Source of the DNA: Heteronotia binoei
Taxonomy: Eukaryota
NCBI RefSeq assembly: GCF_032191835.1
Contig: NC_083238.1
Coordinates: 8,184,001 to 8,248,000 of the forward strand
Reading direction: 5' to 3'
DNA: 64,000 bases
Shown: piece by piece, positions 1-12,929 of the stretch
Layout: each line of letters starts with the position of its first letter
How positions within the stretch are numbered: the stretch's first letter is position 1
The notes under the pieces: model-generated
Database searches by the model: none
What the model was told of the DNA's origin: nothing
Seen by the model: only the letters and a program-made list of their open reading frames with translations
Translations under genes and position numbers: made by a program

Positions 1-604
1 CTCACCACTCCTTCTTTCCCAGGAAACTCTACTCTGTCCTACTCTGTTCAGGCCAGAGAGCTTCATTAGCCAGGGAAGGTCCCAGCACAGCTCACTTCCA
101 CTGCCCACCTGAGTGCTCTTCCAGCTGGCCAGCTCACCCACCTTCAATCCTCTGAGGGAGTCAAGGGGAGACACACAGAGCCTGCTTTGCTGAGGGAATA
201 GCAGGAAAAGGAGAAGGCCTCCTCAGCAGCACCCACCACCACTTCCTTCCACACACAGCCAGTAAGGCAACTTGAGCCATGCTCACTCCTTTGGTGCCCC
301 CTCCTCTTCCTGAGGCACTTTACTGGGAATGTGAGAGGAGAAGCAGCTCAAGAGGAGGACGTCTCATCCTGGCAGCACTGTGCTCTTGGTGACCCAGCAG
401 GTAAGAGCATGGCCAGGGGCACTGGGAGTTGCTGACCCAAGGTCATTCAGTAAGTTTTACGGCAAGTTTTGAATGTGATCACCCCACCAGTCCTATTCCA
501 ACTTTCTAACCACTATGATACACTGGCAAGTGTGAAGGTGAATGAGTTCTCAATGGTGTGGATGCTTATATTTAGTCCAGTGATGATGTTATTTAATAAG
601 ACAT

Positions 605-3110
605 GATTGATTGATTTTATTAGAGGCTCAGGGTGGCTCACAGTNNNNNNNNNNNNNNNNNNNNNNNNNNNNNNNNNNNNNNNNNNNNNNNNNNNNNNNN
701 NNNNNNNNNNNNNNNNNNNNNNNNNNNNNNNNNNNNNNNNNNNNNNNNNNNNNNNNNNNNNNNNNNNNNNNNNNNNNNNNNCGAGGCAGGCTCAGGGTGG
801 CTTACATGACATAAATACATCATTACAATAATACAGCAATAAAATACCCAATGTCATAACGATCAATTGAATATATAATTACATTTAAAACAGCATTTAA
901 ACTAATAATTTAAAACCACAGTATGATATGGTGCTACAGTCCTAATATATGCGTATAAACATAGTTTTCATGGCGATGATACAATGGTTCCACGTTAAAA
1001 GGCCAGCTGGAAGATGATGGTCTTGCAGGCCTGGTAGAACTGATTGAGGCTCCGCAAGGCCCGCACCTCTTCTGGTAGTTGGTTCCACCAGTGGGGTGCT
1101 GTAATCAAGAAGGCCTTTTCTCTCGTAACTTTCAGTTTGGCCTCCTTCGGCCCAGGGATTGTCAGCAGATTTTGTGAGCCAGATCTCAGTACTCTCTGGG
1201 GAACATATGGGGAGAGACGGTCCCTAAGGCAGGCAGATCCTCGGCCATATAGGGCTTTAAAGGTAATAACCCGCACCTTGTAACGAACTCGATACACAAT
1301 TGGCAGCCAGTGCAGTTCCCACAGCCTAGGCTGTATATGTTCCCACCTGAAAGTCCCATTAACAGTCTGGTTGCTGCGTTCTGCACTAGCTGCAGTTTCT
1401 GGGTTCGGCACAGGGGCAGCCCCATGTAGACGGCATTACAGTAGTCTAACCTCGAGGTGACCGTTGCATAGATCACGTTGCATAGATGACTGTTGCCAGG
1501 TCATCACGCTCCAGGAAGGGAGACAACTGCCTCGCCCGCCTAAGATGAAAAAAGGCAGATTTAGCAGTGGCTGCTATCTGAGCTTTCATTGTCAAAGAAG
1601 ACTCCAGTAGCACCCCCAGGCTCTTGACCCTGCGCACTGCTATCAGTGGCGCTCCATCAAAAGCTGGTAGGGGGATTTCCCCTCCTAGACCACCACGGCC
1701 CAGGCAAAGGACCTCTGTCTTCGCTGGATTCAACTTCAACCCACTCAGCCTAAGCCAACCTGCCATGGCTTGCAACGCCAGGTCCAGATTTTCAGGGACA
1801 TCGCCAGTCCGGTTGTCCATCAATAGATAGAGCTGGGTGTCATCAGAGTACTGGTGGCAACCCAGCCCATATCTCTGGGCAATCTGGGCAAGGGGGCGCA
1901 TGTAGATGTTAAACAACATCGGGGAGAGGACCACCCCCTGAGGCACCCCACAATTAGGTGGGTGTCTCTGGGATAGTTCTCCCCCAATCGCCACACTTTG
2001 TCCCCGACCATCAAGAAAAGAGGAAAGCCACTGCAAGGCCAGCCCCTGAATCCCTGTGTTGGTGAGGCGGCAGGACAGCAGCTGGTGGCCGACCATATAG
2101 AATGCAGCCGATAGGTTTAACAACAACAGCACCGCCGAACCACCTCGATCCAGATGCCGCTGGAGATCATCCATGAGGGCGACAAGCACTGTCTCCATCC
2201 CATGGCCCAGGTGAAAGATGGACTGGTATGGATCTAGGATGGAAGCATCATCCAGAAAACTGCAATTGTAACACCACTGCCCTCTCAATAATTTTGCCCC
2301 AAAAGGGTAAATTTGAGACCGGCCGGTAATGCGCCAATTCGGTCGGGTCTGATGTAACCTTTTTCAGGAGGGGGCGGACCACAGCCTCTTTAAGAGGTGT
2401 TGGAAAAAGGCCCTCCGAGAGGGATCTATTTACGATGTCCCGTATAGGACATCTTAGCTCCCTCTGGCAAGCTTTAATTAGCCAGGAGGGGCATGGGTCC
2501 AGATCACAAGTTATTGGGCGTACAGCAGAGAGAATTCTGTCAACTTCCTCCAAGCTGAGTGTGTCAAAGCTATCTAGGGTTAAACAAGAAGACAGGCAAG
2601 GGGCCTCGAGTTCACATACTGTATCCAATGTGGCGGGGAAGTCGTGGTGGAGCGACGTGACCTTGTCTGCAAAGAATTTCGCAAAAGCCTCACAGCCTGT
2701 CTCTAACATTTGGCCTGCCTTGTGGCAGTGTTGTAAGATTCCGAACTGTCCTAAATAATTGTGCCAGGTGCGAATTTGCAGACGCAATCTTGGTCGCAAA
2801 GTAAATTTTCTTTGTGGCTTTGACTGCCATCTCATAGGACCTCAGATACTCTCTATAAGATGTTCTAGTTGCTTCGTCCCGAGTACGCCGCCATTGCCTC
2901 TCTAGCCGTCTGAGTCCTCGTTTCAGCTGGCACAGCTCCGAGGTGTACCACGGGGCCAGCTTAATGTGAGGGCGCAGAGGGTGTCGAGGTGTGATCTCGT
3001 TGATGGCTCTGGAGAGCTGGCCATGCCAGGTATCAACCAGATCATCAAGATAATCGCCAGGGATCCCGTAGAGCCATTTGGAACCACTCTGGATCCATCT
3101 GACTCCGCGA
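605..3110 (-). mobile_element. 5'-truncated, frameshifted L2-clade LINE (ORF2 RT remnant plus 3' tail)
   Basis: Consecutive minus-strand ORFs 2248-2835, 1473-2288, 1186-1476 and 995-1411 carry non-LTR RT motifs (CDLDPCPSWLIK, YRPVSNLPF, LNLSAAFYMV, GVPQGVVLSP, YSDDTQLY, VTSRLDYCN, LHWLPI). The 3' tail reads tgagccaccctgagcc on the minus strand. Confidence 0.9.
645..781. other. Assembly gap (N run)
   Basis: Continuous N from 645 to 781; L2-type 3' tail sequence (ggctcagggtggct) on both sides. Confidence 0.99.
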
Positions 3111-5116
3111 TTTACATTAGAAGCATTAAAATTTAAAAATAATTTTAAAATAATTTGGTGCTGATTTTTGGTACAGTTTTAAGATGGCGTTCAATGATCT
3201 TAAGCATCCATTAGATCCATTAGATCTAATGTCTCAGTGGTGGTGGTCAGCATTTCAGTTAAATGCTAACTGAAACAACATTGTTTACAAGCCTTGCGGA
3301 ACTGGGCAAGGCTCTGACCACCTTTGATAAGAGTTGGCACTAGGAGTCTTATACTGAGGCTAGCCGTCAGGTTCCTATTTCCACTGGGTGATTCATTGTT
3401 CGTGGTAAATTGCTGCTTCAGGTTAGGAGATGGTTTTCAGCAAAAACTGACCTACGAGAAGGGAAGGGCTGCATATGATGAGTTTTATTTTTTTTTTCTT
3501 AATTGGAAGTTTTCAAGCTAGTTTGCAATAGGGTTTTAATTGAGGATAAATTCAATAAGGCTTCTGAAGTACACATATAATAATCATGTCATAATTTTGG
3601 ACATTGATTGATCAAAGCGTTTGTATTCAGAGCCCTTTGATTTTAGTTGTCAAAGTAATATTGTAGCATGATATATCAACATGCTAATACAAACCAGAAT
3701 CTGGATCTTCGTTTTTTTGCTCGATTAACTTGTTTCTGTTGTTCAGATTATCGCCATTTATCATTTCTACTGCACCTCTCAGCATCCAAAGTATTTCTTG
3801 TTTGTCCTTATAAGTTCTTCATCGGTTAGATCAGTTTTATTTGTTACTTGCAGCATATGTGGTTGTTCCCATGTTTCTCATGGTACATTTTCCACCAAAG
3901 TCATTAGGCCAGATGATGTAGTGATGTACAGCACTAGTCAAAAGTGTCCTAACGATTGCTACAGTTGGGCACAGACATTTGATTTTGGCTCACGTTCAGG
4001 TCATTTTCTATGTTTCGCTAAGATTCTTCAGTAGCATAATGGTGTTTTCAGATTATTCAATCAATATGGTAGTCATTTCCAGGAGTTTCAAGGGGAAGCA
4101 CAGCTCCACCTGTAACTTTTCACATTCAACTGAGATGAAACTTTCATAAACTGAACCCCTCACCATATCCATGCAAAATTGCAGGAAGAGCCCCTCCTAT
4201 TTTACAGACCAATTACATTTCCCTTTTCAGAATAGTTACATAAGGATGTCTTTATAAGCTTTCCTCTCATAACTTTCTGCCCTGGGCTCCATCTGTGACC
4301 TCTTGGCATGTTACTAGTAATAACAGTCCCTTTGAACCTATAAATGTGCTTTTTGTGTGGGGGGGGGAATGGGCTTTTGGATTCTATCATGGTGGGGCCC
4401 AGGTTCTGTCATAGAATTATAGGTAGGATCTAAGATCTGAAAGTATGAGAACAGGAGCATAGGGTAACACTTTGAATGGATGACATGGCTATTAGGTATG
4501 AATCTGACTTGGTTTCTGCCCTCCCACCCACATTGGGATGCTGCCCTGACCTACTCAGTAAATATCAGTGAATGAAACATAAAAAACCCTGAACTCCCCT
4601 AGATGTTTTTAAATGTCAGGTTAGTCACCCCTCCAAGGCTAACCTACAGAGTGTAATCAGAACAGATTTTGATTAGCTACATTCCAAGTACACAAAAGAA
4701 ATGTTCCACAGCAAATCAATAAAAAGGGGCTGCATCACAGTCATGGATTCTGTTGAAATGTTGCAGACGATATGTTGATGTGACCCTAAAGCAAAAATAT
4801 CTATTAGAAAGTTCTGTTCACCATGGGGAGGGCCACACATCCCCAAAATTTTGTTCAAAGAAATTTCCCTGAAAAATGTGGTCATTCTTGTTGCTCTAGA
4901 TTTAGGTGTACTCTACCTTCAACAATATATTTATTCATTCATTGCACTTATATCCCACCCTATCCCGTGATAGGTAAGCTAGCAAGATAAATAAAATACA
5001 ATAAACATATAATTAAAACCAATCAAATAAAACAAGATGGCAGGGAAAACATACATTGCTCAGAGCAGTCCAATACACCACCTGTTGGACATCAGCAGGA
5101 TTGCAACCATCTATAC

Positions 5117-5252
5117 CAGGGGTGGCCAATGGTAGCTCTCCACATGTTTTTTGCCTACAACTCCCATCAGCCCCACCCATTGGCCATGCTGGCTGGGGCT
5201 AATGGGAGTTGTAGGCAAAAAACATTTGGAGAGCTACCGTTGGCCACCCCTG
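5117..5252. mobile_element. Palindromic hAT-type MITE
   Basis: Ends CAGGGGTGGCCAA...TTGGCCACCCCTG are inverted repeats; perfect 8-bp TSD ATCTATAC at 5109-5116 and 5253-5260. Confidence 0.9.
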
Positions 5253-5329
5253 ATCTATACGCTTGCTATGGACAGAGAAAACCAAGGTTATAGAGACATC
5301 TATGACATCAACCAAAGACCTGGTGGAAC

Positions 5330-6000
5330 AGCTCTGTTTGCAAGCCCTGCAGAACTGTAACAAGTCCAACACAGCTCTGATTTCAATTTGAACCATGTTC
5401 CACTAAGCCAGGGTCAGGACAGAAAAGGCTCTAGCCCTGGTCAAAGGACTATCAGTAGGTGCTGGTCTACAAAGCACAAGGCTCTCTGGGGCATATATGG
5501 GGAGAGTCAGTTCTGAAGGTATGCTGGTCCCAGGTCATGTAGGACTTTGAAGGTCAACACCATAACCTTGAAGTGGATCCAGTACTCAATTGGTAGCCAG
5601 TGCAATTAGCTCAGCACTGGCTGAATGTGATGCCATCAGTAAGCACGCCACTGCATTCTGACCAGTTGAAGTTTCCAGGTCAGGTTCAAACTCATCCCCA
5701 TGTATGGTAAGTTACAGTAGTCCAACTTGGATGTGACCATTGTGTGGATCACTGTAGCTAAGTCCTGCGAGGAGAGATAGGGAACAAGTTGCCTCAGATA
5801 ATAAAAGGTACACCTGGCAAGAGCAGCAACTTGGGCCTCTGTTGAAAGTGAGGCATCCAGGATCACCCCAACTCCTTGCCCTCAGCACTGGCATCAGAGG
5901 CATCCTGCCAAGCATTGGAAGCTGGATTCCCGGTTCCAAACCCCCATGACTCAGATTCAGGACCTCCATCATCGCTAGGTTTCATCTCAACCAGCTCTGC
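5330..6000 (-). mobile_element. Old L2 LINE fragment
   Basis: ORF 5636-5866 (VTSKLDYCN...KLQLV) matches the L2 ORF2 C-terminus seen at 1186-1476. Confidence 0.8.
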
Positions 6001-7368
6001 TGTAGCCATGCAGCCATGCTCTTACTGACTAATTTGAGGCCTCATTTTGAACTCTAAAAGCACTTTCAAGAATGTACAGGGTGGTGTGCCAAAATTAAAA
6101 AAATTGTAGCAGTAACTAATGACTAGACATCAACAGGAAATTTCAAAATTTTCAGGAATGTCTGTTAACCAGTGTGCAAATAGGTCTAATAATGGATTTA
6201 GTTATGCCGATTCACTTTCTAGTGACCAGTTAAGTCAGAACATTTTTGGAGCTATATTTATGTAGAGATGATGTGTGTGATTTGGGCTGCCAAAATTATG
6301 AAAAATGCAAATGCCCCCTACTTTTACCTCAGCATATGTGCAAGGTAGCATAATGTTTAAAATACATTTGTTAAGTAGGTCAAGATGTGTTGAATGATAA
6401 TTACTTGGAGTACATGGTGCAAACAAGTCATAAGAACATAAGAGAAGCCATGCTGGTGGAAGCCAGTGGCCCATCTAGTCAATCAGTTAAGTTACTCAGC
6501 CAGTGACCAGTACAGTCAAAAGCAAAAACTATTCAATGAAACATTTAAGGATATAATTGGTCTGAATATAACAAGTATCTCTAATATTTGACATTTAAAA
6601 TCCACATGTAAAAACTTAAGATCTTCACTGGTTAGATATCTCTAACATTTAGAATCTATGCATAAAATTTCATGCCAAATTCTATAGGCTGCTACAGAAA
6701 ATAGCACAGCTAATAGTGACCTGTGGGTTTTCACCATCAAAAGCTTCCTTAAAATCCAGTCCAACACTCTGAGTCACACAGCGGGCAAAACCCAGGTGCA
6801 TCAGGAAGTCCACCAGCAGGGCCAGAACTCCAGAAGTCCTTCCTCCCTAAGCACCAAATAACCTGCTCTTATGATAATAAAACCTTTGGCTTGGTATATA
6901 TTGAACCCATACCAGTTCCCCCTATGTCCCTTCTGCCCATTGCAAGCGGGAGTGAGTGATATGGCAGGCAGTTCATATTGATCATGAGCCGCCTGAACCT
7001 ATTTACTGGGCTGTTTCCTATGCAGGGATACAGACATACACATTTCACAGTAACCTTCCAACCCACTGTTACCTTGCTGTGTTTTAAATGAAGAATGAAT
7101 GAAATAAGCTTTTATTTTTAAAATCTTACCATTAGGTGTTCGTCTATGTCTGCCTGATCAACATTAAGGTCAGCCAATCTGTCTGGAATTGCTGCCCTTT
7201 GCACAGGCAAAGTTGTGTAGTCTCATGGGAGCTGTAGTTTACCAACTACCTTTAGTGACATTTAATTATTTGAGACAATGATCTATCAGCCTGGAGAAAA
7301 ATAGATATCACCTACTGTGCAGGTATAAAAACTGCTACAAGGCAGAAGGAAATGAAATCCCACCACCA

Positions 7369-7880
7369 GGGGAGGAACGGTGGCTCAGTGGTAGAGCATC
7401 TGCTTGGGAAGCAGAAGGTCCCAGGTTCAATCCCCGGCATCTCCAACTAAAAGGGCCCAGGCAAATAGGTGTGAAAAACCTTAGTTGGAGACCCTGGAGA
7501 GCCACTGCTGGTCAGGGGAAGGATGGTGGCTCAGTGGTAGAGCATCTGCATGAAAAACCTCAGCTTGAGACCCTGGAGAGCCGCTGCCAGTCTGAGAAGA
7601 CAATACTGACTTTGATGGACCCAGGGTCTGATTCAGTAGAAGGCAGCTTCATATGTTCATATTAGGGGAGGGATGGTGGCTCAGTGGTAGAGCATCTGCT
7701 TAGGAAGCAGAAGGTCCCAGGTTCAATCCCTGGCACTCCAAAAAGGGTCCAGGCAAATAGGTGTGAAAAACCTCAGCTTGAGACCCTGGAGAGCCACTGC
7801 CAGTCTGAGAAGACAATACTGACTTTGATGGACCAAAGGTCTGATTCAGTATAAGGCAGCTTCATATGTTCATATGTTCA
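7369..7880 (+). mobile_element. Three head-to-tail tRNA-derived SINEs (Squam2-like)
   Basis: Three copies of the A-box head GGTGGCTCAGTGGTAGAGCATCTGC at about 7380, 7525 and 7673; B box GGTTCAATCCC in copies 1 and 3; CR1-type tail AAGGCAGCTTCATATGTTC. Copy 2 is internally deleted. Confidence 0.85.
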
Positions 7881-7999
7881 CCACATCTACTGCTCAGCCG
7901 CAAAGCTGCCCATCATGGTGCTTAAGATGGGTGCTGTATAGTGAAGGTGAAAGGAGCAGCAGAGGCCAGACTCACCTCATGAGTGATTACAGCTGACAG

Positions 8000-10900
8000 T
8001 CTGATTCATCCAGCTGTGGCAGTCCTTCAGGCAGCTGTGGCTGGGAGTTGCCTTTGTCTCCTCAGAAGAAAAAAAGAGCTGATGAGAGTGGCATTGCTGC
8101 TCCCAGGAGGTTCAGCAGAGGGCAGAACTGACAGGCTTACAGAGTAGCTTCACCCTCTCAGCCTCAACTGCATGCTCAGCCTGGATGCAGCTCTGTGGTG
8201 TAGCTTAGGCCATAGTCTCCTTGTAGGATGGTGGCAAGGCAAGGTGAAGCAACGCTGAGTCAGTGGCAGCTTGCAGCAGCAGCAGCGGATTCCCCTCAGA
8301 GCTGTCCTGTAGGGCGCAAAGGCCCTGGGCTCCTACAGCTTAGTACCCCATTTTCAGTTGCATGTGGGGCATTTGTGGGCGGGGGGGTCACCTCTCTGGT
8401 CCCAAAGATGGCTTTTATGTCAGGGGATGGGGATTTTTACAGGGCTGGCTCTTTCTCCTTCTTGGGTGGGCTCTTCCTCCTAGGAAGCACCTGAAGTGCT
8501 ATGGAGACAGTTGACCAGCTGGGTCCTCCCAACTTGACAGTGGCTGCGGGTGGAGCAGTCCACAAGACTCCAGTCTTTTCTTGGCCTGGATGACCCAGGC
8601 TAGCCTGATCTCAGCAGATCTCGGAGGCTGAGCTGGGTCTGCCCTGATTAGTACTTGGATGGGAGACCACTAAGGAAGTCTAGGGTCGCTATGTAAAGGT
8701 AGGCAATGGCAAACCATCCCTGTCGGTCTCTGTTTTAGGTAGGGCTGACTGCCAACTCATATGTCTTTGGACCCCAGCTCCCTTTTTCCTAGCCAATCAC
8801 TCTCTTACTCCAGCTGGGAAATGAGTGGGGGTAGGGTGGTGGAAAGGAGTGATCTTCTAGTAGGACTGTTCAGAGAGCCAGCTGTAGTGTTGAAAAGAAT
8901 GTAAAAGTGAGTTCTGGGTTGGCAGCCTGCTGGGGGGTCCTGGGGACCCCCTGGAACTATAGCTCATCTGCAACTTGGAGAGATCTGTTCACTTTGGGAA
9001 AATGGATGCTTTGCAGGACCAGCTCTATGGTGTGCTTCACTGGGGTCCCTGTCCTCCCCAGGGTCCACCTTCAATGTCCCAACCTGGAACTGGCAATACT
9101 GAGGGATGGAAAGAGAATCATCAGGGAAGTTCCTGTACCAGGAAGCAACAGGGGCACGGACTAGCAGCTGGGTGGAGGCAGAGAGAAACACGGTGGTTTG
9201 GAGACCAGATCTAGAAGGACAGGAAGAGAGAAAAGAGAAAGGGACAAATGGAGTAGCAAGGGAGAGAGCTGAAAGACAGTAGCAAGGGAAGGCAGAAAGG
9301 AAGCTGATTATGCTTTGCTTGGTCACATCAGATGAGAATGCTTTTAGTTGCATGGTGTTTTCCAGGTGGCACAAATAAGAGAAGCTACTTCGCTAATAAG
9401 TAAGGCATTTTAATTATCTGAGTCATTCACAAAGAATATATTTCAGACAACGGCATATAGATGTTTGTTTGTTTTATTTTTGGAATTTCTATTCTGCCCT
9501 ACCCCACAAGTGAGTCCAACAATAAAACCATACATTAGATTAATTGAAAGAATTCATTAAAACATTATCATTAACATTTAAAATTAATTAACTCATTTAA
9601 ACACTTGTTGGCTGCTCAGTGAATGGTTTTATATTTCAGTGCAGGCTGAGCTCATGCCAGGGAGGTTGGTGATGCACTCTAATTAAAATAAGACAGTCAC
9701 TCTTGGTGCCCATAATATAATGGAGCCTAGCTGCTTAAAGCAGGGGAGACTGAAGTTCTTTGACATCTGCTGCGTCAGCCAAAGGCCTAGCAGAACAGCT
9801 CTGTTTCTCACATCAAAGTCCAAACTTTGATGTGAGAAAGAAGAAACTAAGGGAAGGGGGCATCTGATCAAAGAACCTACCGATCGCCAATGGCCAACTG
9901 GTCACTGAGGTTCTTAATTATGCTGGTGGTGGTTGGTCCTGTCCTCAGAGAGCACTACCCTTAATTCAGCATTTGGACATAGTATAGTAAGGTATTCAGG
10001 TTTTGCTGGAGACATGGCTCCAATACAACAAGGAGTTCCGTACGCGGGCGGCAGATTCATCTGCAATTGTGGATGTAGGTCATGTACCCAGCAGAACCTC
10101 TGGGTGAAGAATGGTTTGATAGTGGGCACATCACACACAGGCTCTCTGGTTCTGTAGGCACCAGTGCCGATGTATGGGTGATCAACAGTGCATTCTTTGC
10201 AAGGAGTTTGGCCCTCAAAGGGTGTGCTGCCATAGGCCTGAAGTTCTGGCACGAGTGCCCTCTGGCAGTGCCTTCATCAGTGCCCTAGGGGATACTTGGT
10301 TAGGATTTAGGGACCAACAAGGGGCTAAGCAGCCTGGCAATGGGGGTTTCTACCCACATTTTATGAAAGGAGCTCGGTCCAATTGAATGGCGTGAGTGGG
10401 AGTGGTGGTTTTAACTAAGTTAGTGGGATGACTGCTCTTTTGTTGGAGGGCTTTGTTATGTTTTCCATCAACCCCTCCAGGCTGTGTGGCTCAGGGCCGG
10501 GAATGCAGGCTGCCTGTGGTACCACCCTGGATAGGTCCTCTTCTCAAGTTGTGCAGCTTGGGGGAGGGGGGGAGGCTGGAGCTCCAGGTGGCAGTCTGAT
10601 ATCCTGACTGGATTTGAGCCACATAAGGATAGCTCACGCCAGGGGCAAGGTGGCTCACCCAATATAGCAAGGATGCCTTGACCTATCCCACATTGTTAGG
10701 GTGGCCCTTGCCACTGACATCATGTAAATAGTTGATAAAGTGGCCCTTATTTATCCCAACCTAGTGTCTGTCTCTTTCTTCCAACTGTGGGGTCAATCCA
10801 GTTCACCCAGCTTGGCACACTCAGTTGAGGCACTTGCAGCCAGGAGCAGCTGTTGCCTCCCCTGAAGGAGGAAGGGGTGATGCATTGCTGTTCCCAGGAG

Positions 10901-11525
10901 GATTCACAGTTTTATAGGGTGGCTCCGCCTCCACCTTCTCAGCTTCAACCACATTCTTGCCCCACCGTCTTGCCCAGAATGCAGTGCAGGCTTTGGCTGG
11001 GTGCCGTTTCATGGGCTGGATAGGAATTTTTCGCCCCTTACTGATTGGCTTTATATTTTGGGAGGGGGGGGGGGTTGCCTACCTTGCACTATTGTCTGTA
11101 AAAAAAACCTGGACAATTGGGTTTGGTGGTGCTGTTTAAATAGATTTGGTCACTTGGCAGGTTATTGTAGGGAAAAGAGAAAACGGATTTGTGAACACCA
11201 TTTGGAACCCCCACATTTTGGGGGACAAGGGGTCCGTCAGGATCAGCTTTTGGGTTGTATGGCTCAAGGCTGGGAATACAGGCTGCCTGTGGTACTGCCC
11301 TGGATAGGTCCTCCTCTCAAGTTTGTGTCTTGGGGGGGCTGGAGCTCCAGGGGGCAGTCTGCTATGCTGGCTGGATCTGAACCACATGATAGGTCATACC
11401 AGGGGCAAGGTGGCTTGCCCAATATGGCAATGAGGGGTTTGGGGCAACCCCTGACCTTGAGCTATCCCTCATTGTTAGGTTGGCCCTTGCTCCCTAGCAT
11501 TGAGTAATTAGTTAATAAAGTGGCC
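8000..11525 (+). mobile_element. Decayed, internally deleted Ngaro-like element (gag remnant plus split direct repeats)
   Basis: Direct repeat 10488-10746 / 11261-11525 ends in (A/G)ATAAAGTGGCC like the B repeats of the 24-31 kb element. An A-like segment near 10800-10965 resembles 8005-8180. The gag remnant 9860-10380 reads IYAG...QHLDIV...WLQYNKEFRTRAA and KFWHECPL across frameshifts. Confidence 0.65.
8584..8732 (+). mobile_element. 5S rRNA-derived SINE with RTE/BovB-type tail
   Basis: 8600-8668 (GATCTCGGAGGCTGAGCTGGGTCTGCCCTGATTAGTACTTGGATGGGAGACC) follows the 5S A-box/IE/C-box region and is followed by GGCAATGGCAAACCA. Confidence 0.75.
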
Positions 11526-11563
11526 AGGGGTGGTCACAAAGAATGTAAGAGACACATAGAATA

Positions 11564-12058
11564 NNNNNNNNNNNNNNNNNNNNNNNNNNNNNNNNNNNNN
11601 NNNNNNNNNNNNNNNNNNNNNNNNNNNNNNNNNNNNNNNNNNNNNNNNNNNNNNNNNNNNNNNNNNNNNNNNNNNNNNNNNNNNNNNNNNNNNNNNNNNN
11701 NNNNNNNNNNNNNNNNNNNNNNNNNNNNNNNNNNNNNNNNNNNNNNNNNNNNNNNNNNNNNNNNNNNNNNNNNNNNNNNNNNNNNNNNNNNNNNNNNNNN
11801 NNNNNNNNNNNNNNNNNNNNNNNNNNNNNNNNNNNNNNNNNNNNNNNNNNNNNNNNNNNNNNNNNNNNNNNNNNNNNNNNNNNNNNNNNNNNNNNNNNNN
11901 NNNNNNNNNNNNNNNNNNNNNNNNNNNNNNNNNNNNNNNNNNNNNNNNNNNNNNNNNNNNNNNNNNNNNNNNNNNNNNNNNNNNNNNNNNNNNNNNNNNN
12001 NNNNNNNNNNNNNNNNNNNNNNNNNNNNNNNNNNNNNNNNNNNNNNNNNNNNNNNNNN
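11564..12058. other. Assembly gap (N run)
   Basis: Continuous N from 11564 to 12058. Confidence 0.99.
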
Positions 12059-12489
12059 GAGACAGAGGTAGAAAGAAAGCAACTTTGAATGCATTCTCCA
12101 AGCTGCTGGTTGGTTTGGCTTGGAGAAGTGATTTAAAGGACAAATGTCTTCTCCAAGCTGGCTGATGGGGCTATAGCGACTTTGAGAGCCACGCAATAGA
12201 TGAGAAAGAGCCACATGTGGCTCCTGAGCCGCAATTTGGCCATACCTGATGTGCTCCTTATTAATCCCAAGCTGGTGTTCATCTCTTTCTTCCGATGGTG
12301 GGGAGGTATGTTCCCTTGATGAACATGTTCACTGAGAAGATCTCAACACTTCCATGGAACTATCAAAATGTACCAATATTTTCACTCCACATGACTGGGA
12401 ACACAGAACATGGAGGAGGGAATATGCAGTCAAATTGCAACCAGTTTATGGCAACCCTATCATGGGGATTACAACACAAAAGAGTAGCA

Positions 12490-12625
12490 GAGGTAGTTTG
12501 CCATTCCCTTCCTCTACATAGCAACCATAGTCTTCTTTTGTAGTTTCCCATCCAAGTTCTAATCACAGCCAACCCTCCTTAGCTTCCAAGCTCTGACAAG
12601 GCCAGGCCAGAGTGTGCTGCATAGT
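12490..12625 (-). mobile_element. Second, older 5S-derived SINE copy
   Basis: Reverse complement reads TTGGAAGCTAAGGAGGGTTGGCTGTGATTAGAACTTGGATGGGAAAC...GGAATGGCAAACTACC. Confidence 0.65.
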
Positions 12626-12929
12626 ATACTCCTAAAAGATGAGCGGTCCTAGTTAGGAAACAAACTCACTATATATGAATAGGTGTAAATGTGTAGGATT
12701 TATGCATATGTGCAAGAAAGTCAAAATCTGGTTTGTTCCATTTCCACAATTTGAAAGGACACCAGTATGGGGCTATTACTGTGAGTGGTGTGGAGAAAGC
12801 CATAGAGATGACAGCAACCTTGCCACTATAGGCAATGTATAATGGAGCAATAGTGACCTGCTAAAGGCTACTGTCTGAATTTCAGGGCTGAATGGGCATT
12901 TAAACTTGGTTTCTCCACAGGTAAAGCTT

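Noticed and set aside
607-831. ORFs spanning N runs (also 11508-12214)
   Set aside because: Artefacts of translating assembly gaps.
7369-7445. tRNA-like sequences (also at 34845, 34970, 51440-51518, 56340-56403 and 62930-62996)
   Set aside because: They are SINE heads with A and B boxes continuing into SINE bodies, not complete cloverleaf tRNA genes.
8600-8668. 5S rRNA gene
   Set aside because: Partial and diverged, lacks both 5S termini, and is fused to a LINE-type tail.
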